Origin: Justusliebigvirus alia
Strand: one strand, 5' to 3'
Length of the DNA: 64,000 nt
Sequence record: OZ035799.1
This document shows positions 9,137 through 18,088 of this stretch, one piece after another. The notes under the pieces are model-generated. The model ran no database searches. It was not told the origin of the DNA and worked only from the letters and a program-made list of their open reading frames with translations. Made by a program: the position numbers and the translations under genes. The stretch's first letter is position 1, and every line of letters starts with the position of its first letter.

Positions 9137-9139
9137 AAA

Positions 9140-9568
9140 TTATTCTCCAAATCGAAAGTCGTCAATATCATCAAACCATACACAATGGCGAGTCCTTTCT
9201 TTTTCTGTTGCAGATATTGTTTCAACAGCTTTAGGACTAAGCACAACAGGAATGTAACGAATAGGTCGTTCATAATAGTAGCCATACTTTTCTGTATTAG
9301 CTGCCTCAAAGACTTTACGGCGTTCTTCAAGATCTTCTATGGTGAATCCTACCATATAACCATCATGTTTGCTACCCCATCCTTCCTCACTTTCAACAAT
9401 TGGGATATAAAAGCCGTTACGCGTCCCTGACGCTGGTTTTTCTTGAGCCTGAAGGCAAGCCTCCCATCCTGCTTTAAAGACGTTATAGAGCGATTTACGC
9501 ACGTTATGAGTGCCGCTTTCGCTTGCTGGATAGAGTTCATTAAATTTATCTTGGATTTGTTGTGTCAT
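9140..9568 (-). CDS. hypothetical protein
   Basis: 142 aa ORF; no recognisable motif. Confidence 0.5.
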   Translation of the reverse strand: MTQQIQDKFNELYPASESGTHNVRKSLYNVFKAGWEACLQAQEKPASGTRNGFYIPIVESEEGWGSKHDGYMVGFTIEDLEERRKVFEAANTEKYGYYYERPIRYIPVVLSPKAVETISATEKERTRHCVWFDDIDDFRFGE

Positions 9569-9711
9569 ACTCGCCCCTTAGTGATTATTTGACCAGCTAA
9601 ACAAATAGCTTGTAGTACAATAAAGAAGTAGCCTAATTTTACACTACCCAATACCCAGAATGCAATGTTTGCAAACAAACAAAAAGCAATATTAAGTCTA
9701 AAGAATAACAT
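9565..9711 (-). CDS. hypothetical small hydrophobic protein
   Basis: 48 aa ORF (MLFFRLNIAFCLFANIAFWVLGSV...) filling gap; stop overlaps downstream ATG; not in track. Confidence 0.25.
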   Translation of the reverse strand: MLFFRLNIAFCLFANIAFWVLGSVKLGYFFIVLQAICLAGQIITKGRV

Positions 9712-9912
9712 TTAATCCCCTTCATATTTAGGTAAAGGCATATATGCCACAATAGGAGGGTAATCAAAGTGAAAATGATGGTTCACCACAATAATCTTAC
9801 CAGACATACTTTTATGCACTTCACAATACCCTTTTTCACCATCTTCCATTACCACCACATACTCACCTAGTGGGATATCGTATGGATCTTCTACTTTTAC
9901 CCATTCTGTCAT
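9712..9912 (-). CDS. hypothetical protein
   Basis: 66 aa ORF; 4-nt overlap with upstream gene. Confidence 0.45.
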   Translation of the reverse strand: MTEWVKVEDPYDIPLGEYVVVMEDGEKGYCEVHKSMSGKIIVVNHHFHFDYPPIVAYMPLPKYEGD

Positions 9913-10178
9913 TTTGGAAACACCTCTTGTCCATCTTCATGCATTTGTAGTAAAGTTTCACAGATTTCATACACATCTTGATATGTTACAACTGAGAGAT
10001 CAGATTCTTGATCTTCGACAAGCATAGCACAAAGAGCTTTAATGTCAATACCTTTACAATGTTCCGTAGCTATACGGTACATTTCACCATCCTCCCAAAC
10101 AATTGGTTGCGGAAGCAAAACGTCTGTACCATCTTCACAAGTTACAATGTAGTCTGCAATATTATCACGAATTTTCAT
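9909..10178 (-). CDS. hypothetical protein
   Basis: 89 aa acidic ORF; overlapping start/stop with neighbours. Confidence 0.5.
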   Translation of the reverse strand: MKIRDNIADYIVTCEDGTDVLLPQPIVWEDGEMYRIATEHCKGIDIKALCAMLVEDQESDLSVVTYQDVYEICETLLQMHEDGQEVFPK

Positions 10179-10432
10179 TGTACTACCCCCTTAAATCCAG
10201 ATGTGCTGCCAGTTTTAACTTTTGCTTTAAGATGTTCCAACTCTACCATAGGTGTTGCTACTTGTATAGGATTTTCCTCAACCTCATGAATATAATATTC
10301 ATAATAAGCATACTTACCAATAGAGTGCAGATACTTAATGGCATGTTCAGGCGAATCTGCTTCGACATACCCTAAATCTTTTGTGGTACGACCTTCACAA
10401 TCACCTTCGGTAGTTACATGATAAAGTGTCAT
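10175..10432 (-). CDS. hypothetical protein
   Basis: 85 aa ORF. Confidence 0.5.
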   Translation of the reverse strand: MTLYHVTTEGDCEGRTTKDLGYVEADSPEHAIKYLHSIGKYAYYEYYIHEVEENPIQVATPMVELEHLKAKVKTGSTSGFKGVVQ

Positions 10433-10581
10433 AAAACCTCCTCATAGTAAGGTAAAGCCTTGATCAGTTGTTCTGAAGTGCCATTTTGTACCCACGTAAC
10501 ACCATTGTCAACAGAAACATACCCTTTTTTGTCAATAAATTTACGCAGACAGCCAGTGAACTTATTTTTGTAGATAACCAT
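10429..10581 (-). CDS. hypothetical small protein
   Basis: 50 aa ORF (MVIYKNKFTGCLRKF...) with GGAG SD; stop overlaps next ATG; not in track. Confidence 0.3.
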   Translation of the reverse strand: MVIYKNKFTGCLRKFIDKKGYVSVDNGVTWVQNGTSEQLIKALPYYEEVL

Positions 10582-10593
10582 CTTTACTCCTTG

Positions 10594-10947
10594 TTACATC
10601 CACAGATTATGGAAATACTTAGCAAACAAAATGCGACCTTCTAAACGATCTTGCCGCTGCTTTTCATTAACTTCTTCTGGTGGAGTTGAGTCCTTAAAAG
10701 AAGACTCCATTTTTTCAAGAATTTCTAACCAGTGCTCTGATGCTCGTTCTTCCATATAAGGTAGATAGTCACCTTTAGCGTGTGGGTACATCCGACGAAG
10801 TAACCCACTAGGAATTTTAACATTATTTGTGGCTATCACTTTTGCACGATATGCAGAAAGTGCATTGTAGATCAGTTTACTTAGTGTCACATCTAAATCA
10901 AGAAGATCACTCTCTTCAAATTGAATTTCATCGTGTACAATTTTCAT
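10594..10947 (-). CDS. hypothetical protein
   Basis: 117 aa ORF. Confidence 0.5.
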   Translation of the reverse strand: MKIVHDEIQFEESDLLDLDVTLSKLIYNALSAYRAKVIATNNVKIPSGLLRRMYPHAKGDYLPYMEERASEHWLEILEKMESSFKDSTPPEEVNEKQRQDRLEGRILFAKYFHNLWM

Positions 10948-10958
10948 ATCACTCTCCT

Positions 10959-11249
10959 TTATAGTAAAACACGTTTTGCACTGCTTGGTGCATTGTCGAA
11001 CATGTTTATCACTTTGTCAAGTTTGTGTATTAACTCGTTCGTAATGTTCCACTCTTTGTATGATCTCCATTGTTTCTTATTCTCACCTACCTGGTGTAAA
11101 ACTTTGATTGGTGCATTCAAACGTACATTGCGTTCTTTGTCCTCTTCAAAAGAGGCTAACCATTTTTCGTTATGCCCATGAACAGCAATAATAATGCCAA
11201 AACCATCAAAAGTTTCTGTAATATTCTTAGTTGCTAGTGTGATGTTCAT
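10959..11249 (-). CDS. hypothetical protein
   Basis: 96 aa ORF with GAGG SD; first gene of the minus-strand block (divergent from 11374). Confidence 0.5.
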   Translation of the reverse strand: MNITLATKNITETFDGFGIIIAVHGHNEKWLASFEEDKERNVRLNAPIKVLHQVGENKKQWRSYKEWNITNELIHKLDKVINMFDNAPSSAKRVLL

Positions 11250-11373
11250 ATCTAACCTCTTTTGTTACGATACACACACACAGAGTACCAGAAATTAATT
11301 TCAGATCAAGTATTGACATACTGTTTTATTGTGCTAATCTTAATGCATACACAAATGAGAGGAGATAAACGAA

Positions 11374-11924
11374 TGCAAAACATCGATCTTACTTGGATAG
11401 AAGCCAAAGAAGCAATGTTAAAAGGCAAACGCGTTAAACATAAATACTTCTGCGAAGGAGAATGGTTTGAAATGCGTAACCGATCCATTGTAGATGAAAA
11501 AGGGAATGACATGCAACAATGGTTCAAAAATGAAATTTGGCAGGGAACAGGTTGGTCTGTAGTTGAAGAGCAGCCTAGCTCAAGCGCACTGTTTAGCCCT
11601 ACTATGTATCGCGTTATCGGTGCTTTAGTTGTTGATCACGGAATTGCAGTGGAAAAAGAATGCTGGGAAGAGGTATCTTTTTTCAACCTGGCTTCTTATG
11701 CAAAAAGCCATATGCACTTGTTTGAAGAAGGGGATGAATTTGTTCTTCGTATGCGATACGGCAAAGAATTCAGATTACCACTTGATAACGATGTAGACAC
11801 TGTTGTAAAATGGTTAGCAGAGCATTATGCTTACGATGCAATTTGTGGTCGCAGCTTCGGCAACGAACGCTGGGACATGATTTGTGAAAAATATGATTTT
11901 GAGCCGGAGTACGGAGTTTTATAA
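11374..11924 (+). CDS. hypothetical protein
   Basis: Start at MQNIDLTWIEAK with GAGAGGAG SD (11358-11365); track ORF starts further upstream without SD. Confidence 0.5.
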
Positions 11925-12175
11925 TGTTAAGTATCAAACCTAAAATGATAACAGAAGACGAAGCAGACTTTATTTTCAAATGTGGACGTGTATGGAGAGA
12001 ATTCACAAAAGGGAATGAAGTAGTGGTTGTTGTCGAACACAAGATATCTATTCAGGATCTGTTTGGACAATATGTTGATGTTATTAAATTAGGTATTGAC
12101 AAGGGTTTAGTTGAGGTGTTAACATTAGATCAAGTTGAAGCAGAGCACCTCGATAAAGTGGTGGTTGAATTTTAA
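11924..12175 (+). CDS. hypothetical protein
   Basis: 83 aa ORF, ATG overlaps previous stop. Confidence 0.5.
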   Translation: MLSIKPKMITEDEADFIFKCGRVWREFTKGNEVVVVVEHKISIQDLFGQYVDVIKLGIDKGLVEVLTLDQVEAEHLDKVVVEF

Positions 12176-12195
12176 AATACAGACGGGAGAAAGGT

Positions 12196-12369
12196 ATGAG
12201 TTTCTTTGTTACAGTATTTATGGCTATCTGGATTGTAGTCTCACTCGTTCTTTTCCTGGTGGGTTGTCTGGAAGAGATTAAGAAAGCGGTTATTTGCGGT
12301 TTCTTTGGCTTTATTATCTCTCCTGCCTGGATGTGGTTCTTCATTATGATTGGTTTCCTTAAAAGGTAA
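12196..12369 (+). CDS. hypothetical small membrane protein
   Basis: 57 aa, two hydrophobic segments (FFVTVFMAIWIVVSLVLFLVG; FGFIISPAWMWFFIMIGF); GGGAGAAAGG SD; not in track. Confidence 0.4.
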   Translation: MSFFVTVFMAIWIVVSLVLFLVGCLEEIKKAVICGFFGFIISPAWMWFFIMIGFLKR

Positions 12370-12383
12370 GTGAGGAATAAAGA

Positions 12384-12821
12384 ATGAGTAAAACAAACGC
12401 AATCGCAGATAAAGCAACGGATGTACTTCTGAACATGGTTAACGTCACTATTCAAACAATGAGTGATGTTGTGGAGTTTGGAAAACAACAAATTCCAGAA
12501 GTAATCCATCAATTATTAGTGTGGAAAGCAGTATCCGCAGGTTTATGGCAACTTTTTAGTATTTGCTTTATGGTTATTACTTTTATTGCTGTGCGGAACC
12601 TCGTAAAAGCAATTAAAGATAAAGAATGCCTGTGGTCACGAGATCGCTATGGTGAAGTATCTGCTTTACCTATTGTTGGCCTTGTTGTCTGTGCTTTCTT
12701 TTTCTTTTTAGGATTTGTTATTTTCTTTTCGAATTTTGATTGGCTAAAAATCATTATTGCACCAAAAGTGTATCTGATTGAATTTGCTGCTGATTTAATT
12801 CGTTCATCTCAACAAAAATAA
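12384..12821 (+). CDS. putative membrane protein
   Basis: 145 aa with hydrophobic segments (AVSAGLWQLFSICFMVITFIAV; LPIVGLVVCAFFFFLGFVIFF). Confidence 0.5.
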   Translation: MSKTNAIADKATDVLLNMVNVTIQTMSDVVEFGKQQIPEVIHQLLVWKAVSAGLWQLFSICFMVITFIAVRNLVKAIKDKECLWSRDRYGEVSALPIVGLVVCAFFFFLGFVIFFSNFDWLKIIIAPKVYLIEFAADLIRSSQQK

Positions 12822-12832
12822 AAGGGGTTAAA

Positions 12833-13960
12833 ATGAAATACACGATTTATGGTGATATTGTAAGTGTAAATAAAGATATGGGCGTGGAATCTAACTATCT
12901 TCCACCTGGATTCTATACTGTTAGTCGTGATCCCCTTGGCAATTACTTTTTAAGCCGTGGTAATCTAACAGGTGTACCGGATGTTCTGTATGGTGAAACA
13001 GAAAAACGAGCAAATCACGTTATTCGTACATTCCATCGCCGGAGTGCACAAGGTAAAAATACAGGTTTGCTCCTGACAGGCACTAAGGGCAGTGGTAAAA
13101 CTATGTTAGCCAAACTCATTAGTCGTGACCTTGTAGAAGAAGGTATTCCAACTATTATGGTTACTCAAGCCTACAGTGATGCTAATTTCATTGAGCTTAT
13201 TAGCAAGATCACCGACAAAGCAGTGATTATTTTTGACGAGTTTGATAAAGTATATGAGAAGAAACAAGATCAAGAAGCACTTCTCACTTTGTTAGATGGT
13301 ACTGGCAGTGGTAATAAACTGTTTATTCTGACTAAAAACAGTGGTTTTATCTCTGAATTCTTTTTAAATCGTCCTAGTCGTGTGTTTTATAATTTTAATT
13401 ATGATAAAATCTCACTAGAAACTATGATTGACTATTTAGATAAAAACCTGGATAACAAAGCACACTTTGATAATTTCCAAAGACTTTGGGATGTAAGTTT
13501 AGAGTTGTCCTTTGATGTGATCCAAGGTATAGTAGAAGAACTTAATTTCTACCCTGATTTATCCTTTAAAGAATGCATCTCTATGATGGGCGTTTCTTTG
13601 GGTGGTGGTAATAAGTGGGATATCAGCAGCGTTGTTATTAATGGGAAACTTCAGAAAGTTAGCTGGGTATCTAGTTGGCATAACTTCACACCTGCAATCT
13701 TTTTAGGTGGCTCGTGCACACTAGACGTGTACTTGTCATCTCCAAGTGATGCAGACTCTAAAGAAGCCCTTGCTAATAGCTCTTACGTGGTTTTTGATGA
13801 TGAAGGAGATGCTCGAATTCCATTGAATGCGACAAAAATGAAAGCAGATCTTATTACAGGCGGTAAAATCGTTGTGTTTAGTGATGATCCAGAAGATTCT
13901 TTCCGTATTGTTCTGGAACCAACTATCACCAATGGTGCAACTTTGGCAAGCGTGTTTTAA
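12833..13960 (+). CDS. AAA-family ATPase
   Basis: Walker A LLLTGTKGSGKTMLAK, Walker B AVIIFDEFD; function not assignable. Confidence 0.65.
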   Translation: MKYTIYGDIVSVNKDMGVESNYLPPGFYTVSRDPLGNYFLSRGNLTGVPDVLYGETEKRANHVIRTFHRRSAQGKNTGLLLTGTKGSGKTMLAKLISRDLVEEGIPTIMVTQAYSDANFIELISKITDKAVIIFDEFDKVYEKKQDQEALLTLLDGTGSGNKLFILTKNSGFISEFFLNRPSRVFYNFNYDKISLETMIDYLDKNLDNKAHFDNFQRLWDVSLELSFDVIQGIVEELNFYPDLSFKECISMMGVSLGGGNKWDISSVVINGKLQKVSWVSSWHNFTPAIFLGGSCTLDVYLSSPSDADSKEALANSSYVVFDDEGDARIPLNATKMKADLITGGKIVVFSDDPEDSFRIVLEPTITNGATLASVF

Positions 13961-13975
13961 GTAAGCCAGCAAATA

Positions 13976-14002
13976 AAAACCCGCTCCGGCGGGTTTTCTT
14001 GT
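13976..14002 (+). terminator. rho-independent terminator
   Basis: AACCCGCTCCGGCGGGTT hairpin followed by TTCTTGTATT; near-identical element at 40219. Confidence 0.6.
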
Positions 14003-14034
14003 ATTGATGCCAGATTTAATAAGAGGAGTAATAG

Positions 14035-15207
14035 ATGACAGCACCAAAATCATGGGAACAATATAAAGAAGAATTAACACCCCTTGCTAAAAATCGCAAT
14101 ATTCAAATCCTGGGTTATGTTGGTGAATGGAAAGGGAACAAGACTAAACTTAAGCTATCTTGCCCTAAACATGGAGAGTGGAACACCACGAACATTAATG
14201 ATTTTAAGAAGGGACGTGGTTGTCCTATCTGTTCTGGTAAGAAGCCGTTAACATGGGAAACAGAATTGCCGATCTTGGAAGAGATAGCACAGAAGAGGGG
14301 GTATCAGGTGTTAGGGTACGTGGGAGAATGGAAAGGGAATAAAACAAAACTTGATTTGTTGTGTCATTGTGGTAATAAATGGGATACTACAAGTATTAAC
14401 AATTTTAAACGTGGTAGCGGTTGTCCACAATGTAAGAGGGAGAGACAAACAATGTCCGACGATCAACATATTGCAGATTTCTTTTCTACAGGGGAATTTA
14501 AGGAAGGCACTATCTTCACCAATACAGGGAAACGTAACAAGCGTGATGCAGTATGGATGGTTGAGTGTCCTGTTTGCTCCCATGATGAATATGTTCAAGC
14601 AGGTGTTTGTGATGGTAAATTTTACTCTGCAGGACATAACCTTAAACAAGGGTATATTCCGTGTCGTTGTGGGAACTATCAGTATACAGAAGACCAGATC
14701 ACCTATAGGGTAAAAAAGGAAGTAGAAGGGAAAGGGTATGTCTGGGTAGATTGGATTACCAAACCCTCTTCTATAGGTAAGTTTAAATATCTTTGTCTTG
14801 TGCATGGTGATCAGATAGGGAGTGCTCGTAATTTATTAAGCCTCGGTCAAGGTTGTCCACAGTGTGCTGGTCATAATCAACAGCAATTATATATTAATAT
14901 TGTTAAAGATAATGATATTATAGTTGCTCTTAAGTTTGGTATATCTAAAGATAGCGATAGACGATTAAACGGTCAAAATAGCCGTAATCTGTTTTTTATG
15001 GAGCGTATTTGTTTATATGATTTTAGCACAGTGAAACAATGTAAGGCTGCTGAAAGAGCTATAAAGAAAAAATTAAAAACTGGTATTTTAACGGAAAGAG
15101 AGTTGAAAGACGGTTATACAGAAACAGTAAGTGTTTCTGATTTGGAAAATCTTCAAAAAATTATTACACAATATGGTGGCAAATTAGTATACAGTAAGGA
15201 GATGTAA
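14035..15207 (+). CDS. putative homing-endonuclease-like protein (tandem zinc-ribbon repeats + T5orf172/GIY-YIG-like C-terminal domain)
   Basis: Repeated LGYVGEWKGNKTKL...C..HG.W.....F..G.GCP.C modules (four Cys pairs); C-terminal ALKFGISKDSDRRLNGQN resembles the T5orf172 family motif. Confidence 0.45.
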   Translation: MTAPKSWEQYKEELTPLAKNRNIQILGYVGEWKGNKTKLKLSCPKHGEWNTTNINDFKKGRGCPICSGKKPLTWETELPILEEIAQKRGYQVLGYVGEWKGNKTKLDLLCHCGNKWDTTSINNFKRGSGCPQCKRERQTMSDDQHIADFFSTGEFKEGTIFTNTGKRNKRDAVWMVECPVCSHDEYVQAGVCDGKFYSAGHNLKQGYIPCRCGNYQYTEDQITYRVKKEVEGKGYVWVDWITKPSSIGKFKYLCLVHGDQIGSARNLLSLGQGCPQCAGHNQQQLYINIVKDNDIIVALKFGISKDSDRRLNGQNSRNLFFMERICLYDFSTVKQCKAAERAIKKKLKTGILTERELKDGYTETVSVSDLENLQKIITQYGGKLVYSKEM

Positions 15208-15759
15208 ATGCGGATTACTGATAAGTATGTGTTCTTCTTTTCAGCAAAAGATGAATTTAGCAACTGGTATCTATCATCTTTTATTGAACCTTTAGCACCC
15301 AAGTATAATAATTCTATTACAAGTTCTGTTGAATTTACTTGTGTGGAACAATATATGATGTGGAGAAAAGCATGTTTGTTTTATGATTACAGTATTGCAT
15401 CTTCTATTTTAACCGGAGATCTAAGATATACAGGAGAAAAAGAACAAGCATATTATAAACGACTAGGCAGATTAGTTAAAGATTATGATGAAGATACCTG
15501 GGCTTCTTTACGGGAGAAGATTGTCAAGCGTGGTTTGTATCTTAAATACACACAAAATGAAGATCTCAAAAATAAACTTATCGCTTACGCAGATAAGGAG
15601 TTCGTAGAGGCAAGCCCTTATGATTCTATTTATGGTATCAAAATGGGGATGTGGGATCGTGACGTGGAAAATAAGGACTGTTGGAAAGGACAAAATCTTT
15701 TAGGAAAATGGCATACAGACCTTGCTGTTTATCTAAAAGCACAATCTGATATTTCCTGA
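15208..15759 (+). CDS. NADAR (YbiA-like) domain protein
   Basis: FFFSAKDEFSNWY ... VEQYMMWRKACLF ... SPYDSIYGIKMG pattern matches NADAR family. Confidence 0.6.
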   Translation: MRITDKYVFFFSAKDEFSNWYLSSFIEPLAPKYNNSITSSVEFTCVEQYMMWRKACLFYDYSIASSILTGDLRYTGEKEQAYYKRLGRLVKDYDEDTWASLREKIVKRGLYLKYTQNEDLKNKLIAYADKEFVEASPYDSIYGIKMGMWDRDVENKDCWKGQNLLGKWHTDLAVYLKAQSDIS

Positions 15760-15974
15760 TATTTTGAAAATTTTTATTTTTATAAAAAGGGGTGTGGGTT
15801 TCATGTACGGAAATTCACCCTCTGAATAATATATCCAGAGTAAGTATTATTTTGTACTCTGTTAATAAATTATTTAATTTGTTTGTTGGAATATGTTATC
15901 TGGTTTTTAAAAGGCATACTATCTCTTAACTACTACTTATAACAGAACAGTAAAATCATTTTTATAAAAAGGAC

Positions 15975-16182
15975 AAAATTATTTAAAGTTTTTACAGATT
16001 TTTGGGTACAAATTTAGAAAATGAAAAGTTCAAGTTTGGTCAAAATTATTTAAAGTTTTTGTACGTATTTCTATCCAGATTTTGAAAATGAAAACTTCAA
16101 TTTTTTAAAAATTCCCCAGTTTATTTAAAGTTTTTTTGCCTTTTTCCGTAGAAAAATCAAAAATGAAAAGTTCAATTTCGTG
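15975..16182. repeat. three imperfect tandem repeats of about 65-75 bp
   Basis: Each unit begins (a)aaattatttaaagttttt and ends gaaaatgaaaa(g/c)ttcaa. Confidence 0.6.
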
Positions 16183-16195
16183 TTTTTATGGGTGT

Positions 16196-16295
16196 GCGTA
16201 TGATAATCATTTTCATTTGTAAATGAGAATCATTATCATTTAAGTATGTAAGTGATAATCATTCTCACTAAGAGAATGAGAATCATTAGCAAATG
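16196..16295. promoter_or_regulatory. cluster of Fur-box-like palindromes
   Basis: gtaaatgagaatcattatc and gagaatgagaatcattagc each match 16/19 of the Fur consensus GATAATGATAATCATTATC; flanked by gataatcatt half-sites. Confidence 0.35.
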
Positions 16296-16573
16296 AGAAT
16301 TTTTCTCATTTAGAGAATAACGCGCAGGGGTGGTGTTTGTCTCGCGCTCCCGTGTCCCCTCGCCATACAATAAGAATAGCATAACCAACAACAAAAGCAA
16401 GCGATTATTTTTATCTTTACATTTCTTTACAAATTTATTTTAGACGAGCTACCGGCGATCAACCTTCCAACCAGTAGTGCCCTGGTATGTTAGCCCCGCC
16501 TTTACGCCGTGGGGGTGGCGTTTCCTCTTCTGTATGTAAAACAGTATAAGCCCGATCCCTGGGCTTGTCAAGA

Positions 16574-16840
16574 TTATTTTTTGTTTTCTTGCCAGGATAG
16601 GACACCTAACCAAAAATACATGTCGCCCCGCGCCCCTGGCGGGATCTTGCTTTCCCCGCCGCCACTGCAAGCCCATAGATAACCATTTACGAACGTATCA
16701 AAGTGATCTATCTCTTCCACCTTATGATTGCCCAGGTTGAGAACGGTTTCAACCTTTAAGCCCGTTGCGCTTGCTACCTGGTGCACCGTGCCGCCTTGCC
16801 AGCCCAATGAGTGCATGAGATGTAAAGGAGTATTTGTCAT
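16574..16840 (-). CDS. hypothetical protein in GC-rich island
   Basis: 88 aa ORF (MTNTPLHLMHSLGWQGGTVHQVA...) with AAAGGG SD; sits in locally GC-rich segment unlike the rest of the window. Confidence 0.3.
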   Translation of the reverse strand: MTNTPLHLMHSLGWQGGTVHQVASATGLKVETVLNLGNHKVEEIDHFDTFVNGYLWACSGGGESKIPPGARGDMYFWLGVLSWQENKK

Positions 16841-17104
16841 GGTATCGCCCTTTCTTTGATGTGCGCCCTGGTTGGCGCGGTAGAAAGATAATAGCCGTTT
16901 CCTTTATAGATAGCAAGCAAAAAAGAAATGAAAAAAGATTAAAAAAATGGTTGACGTTCCTCACCTGGTAGCGTAGTATTCATCTTGTCGAGGGGGCGAG
17001 GCACAACGACAATAAACAAAAGGAGGGCGCAATGTAGGACGGGCAAAGGTGAGGATCTCCACAATCCACCGTCACAATAACATTACTTATAAAAGGTTGA
17101 TAAC

Positions 17105-17200
17105 GATGATCAAGAAAGAAAACAGCTTGACGGTTGGAACGATTAACGCTATCATTCTTGCCGTTCCATTTTGGGTTGTAGTAGCGGTTATTATTTTTTA
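17105..17200 (+). CDS. hypothetical small hydrophobic peptide
   Basis: 31 aa (MIKKENSLTVGTINAIILAVPFWVVVAVIIF); TTGACG-17-TAGTAT promoter-like sequence about 150 nt upstream; speculative. Confidence 0.2.
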
Positions 17201-17209
17201 AAAATATTC

Positions 17210-17267
17210 TTGACAACGTTTTTTAATCTGATAAGATGTATCACATAGGGCGGCAATAGTGCCGCTC
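17210..17267 (+). promoter_or_regulatory. promoter + 5' GC hairpin cassette
   Basis: TTGACA (17210-17215), spacer, CACATA, hairpin GGGCGGCAATAGTGCCGCTC (17248-17267), then AGAGAGA SD and ATG 17290. Confidence 0.5.
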
Positions 17268-17289
17268 ATAACAGAAGAGAGAAATAATC

Positions 17290-17562
17290 ATGGCATCATA
17301 TAGCGCATCAATGATTGTAATGGGTATCACTGGTAAACCTATGCGCGGTGGCGGATCTTTCGCTAACATCAATATTGATGGACGTTTATCCCTGGACGCA
17401 GCGATCACAGTGGCACGGGAAACGTTTAAAAAAGAATGTAATTTCAATAAACAAGATTATCTCGGCTTCGTTATTGAAAAAACCGCGCGCTTTGTTGATT
17501 ATAAAAGCCCGAAAATGATCGACACTACACTAAAGGCGCAAGATGTAGCTTTTTTGCTTTAA
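17290..17562 (+). CDS. hypothetical protein
   Basis: 90 aa ORF behind cassette. Confidence 0.5.
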   Translation: MASYSASMIVMGITGKPMRGGGSFANINIDGRLSLDAAITVARETFKKECNFNKQDYLGFVIEKTARFVDYKSPKMIDTTLKAQDVAFLL

Positions 17563-17570
17563 GGCTTGAC

Positions 17571-17625
17571 ACTGAAAAATAATTTGGTAATATATACCAC
17601 ATAAGGCGGGAAATGGTTTCCCGCC
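17571..17625 (+). promoter_or_regulatory. promoter + 5' GC hairpin cassette
   Basis: TTGACA ... TATATACCACATAA ... hairpin GGCGGGAAATGGTTTCCCGCC (17605-17625). Confidence 0.5.
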
Positions 17626-17647
17626 AAATCAAAGAAAGGGTAACACA

Positions 17648-18010
17648 ATGAGCAAGCAAATCAATACTATCATGTTAAACCTGGTATCTTTCCGTGATGA
17701 CGTGAAAAATCTTTCGCGTGATGCAGTGGATGCACGGATCGAAAGCTATCGCACACAGATCGCAACATTACCGTTAAAACGTGATCAACATGCCGCTAAT
17801 ATGATGCTTGATGCTATGATTAAAAAGATGATTCAGTGTGATCTTACCCTGGCTTATGAATATGCTGGCGATCTCTTTGTAACGTATAATAAGCCCGTTC
17901 CAGGTATGAGCACCACGGAAGAATTGCATGCCTTAAATCTGCGACAAGATGCATGGGATAACATGCGCCGTGTTATGGTATGGGCCGAAAGCGGTAAAAT
18001 TTACGAATAA
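17648..18010 (+). CDS. hypothetical protein
   Basis: 120 aa ORF behind cassette. Confidence 0.5.
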   Translation: MSKQINTIMLNLVSFRDDVKNLSRDAVDARIESYRTQIATLPLKRDQHAANMMLDAMIKKMIQCDLTLAYEYAGDLFVTYNKPVPGMSTTEELHALNLRQDAWDNMRRVMVWAESGKIYE

Positions 18011-18017
18011 AAACGGT

Positions 18018-18070
18018 TGACATTGCACGAAAACCTGATAAGCTATCTTAAAGCGGGAATAGTTCCCGCT
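18018..18070 (+). promoter_or_regulatory. promoter + 5' GC hairpin cassette
   Basis: TTGACA then hairpin AGCGGGAATAGTTCCCGCT (18052-18070). Confidence 0.5.
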
Positions 18071-18088
18071 TACATAGGATAAAACTTT

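Noticed and set aside
15975-16182. Tandem repeats here and at 27985-28062 as a possible CRISPR array
   Set aside because: Repeat units are contiguous or irregular with no unique spacers of regular length, and repeat sizes (17-18 bp or about 70 bp) do not fit CRISPR.
16449-16964. Track ORFs 16449..16676(-) and 16749..16964(-) in the GC-rich island
   Set aside because: Arg/Gly-rich low-complexity translations without ribosome-binding sites; they overlap each other and the one plausible ORF (16574..16840).
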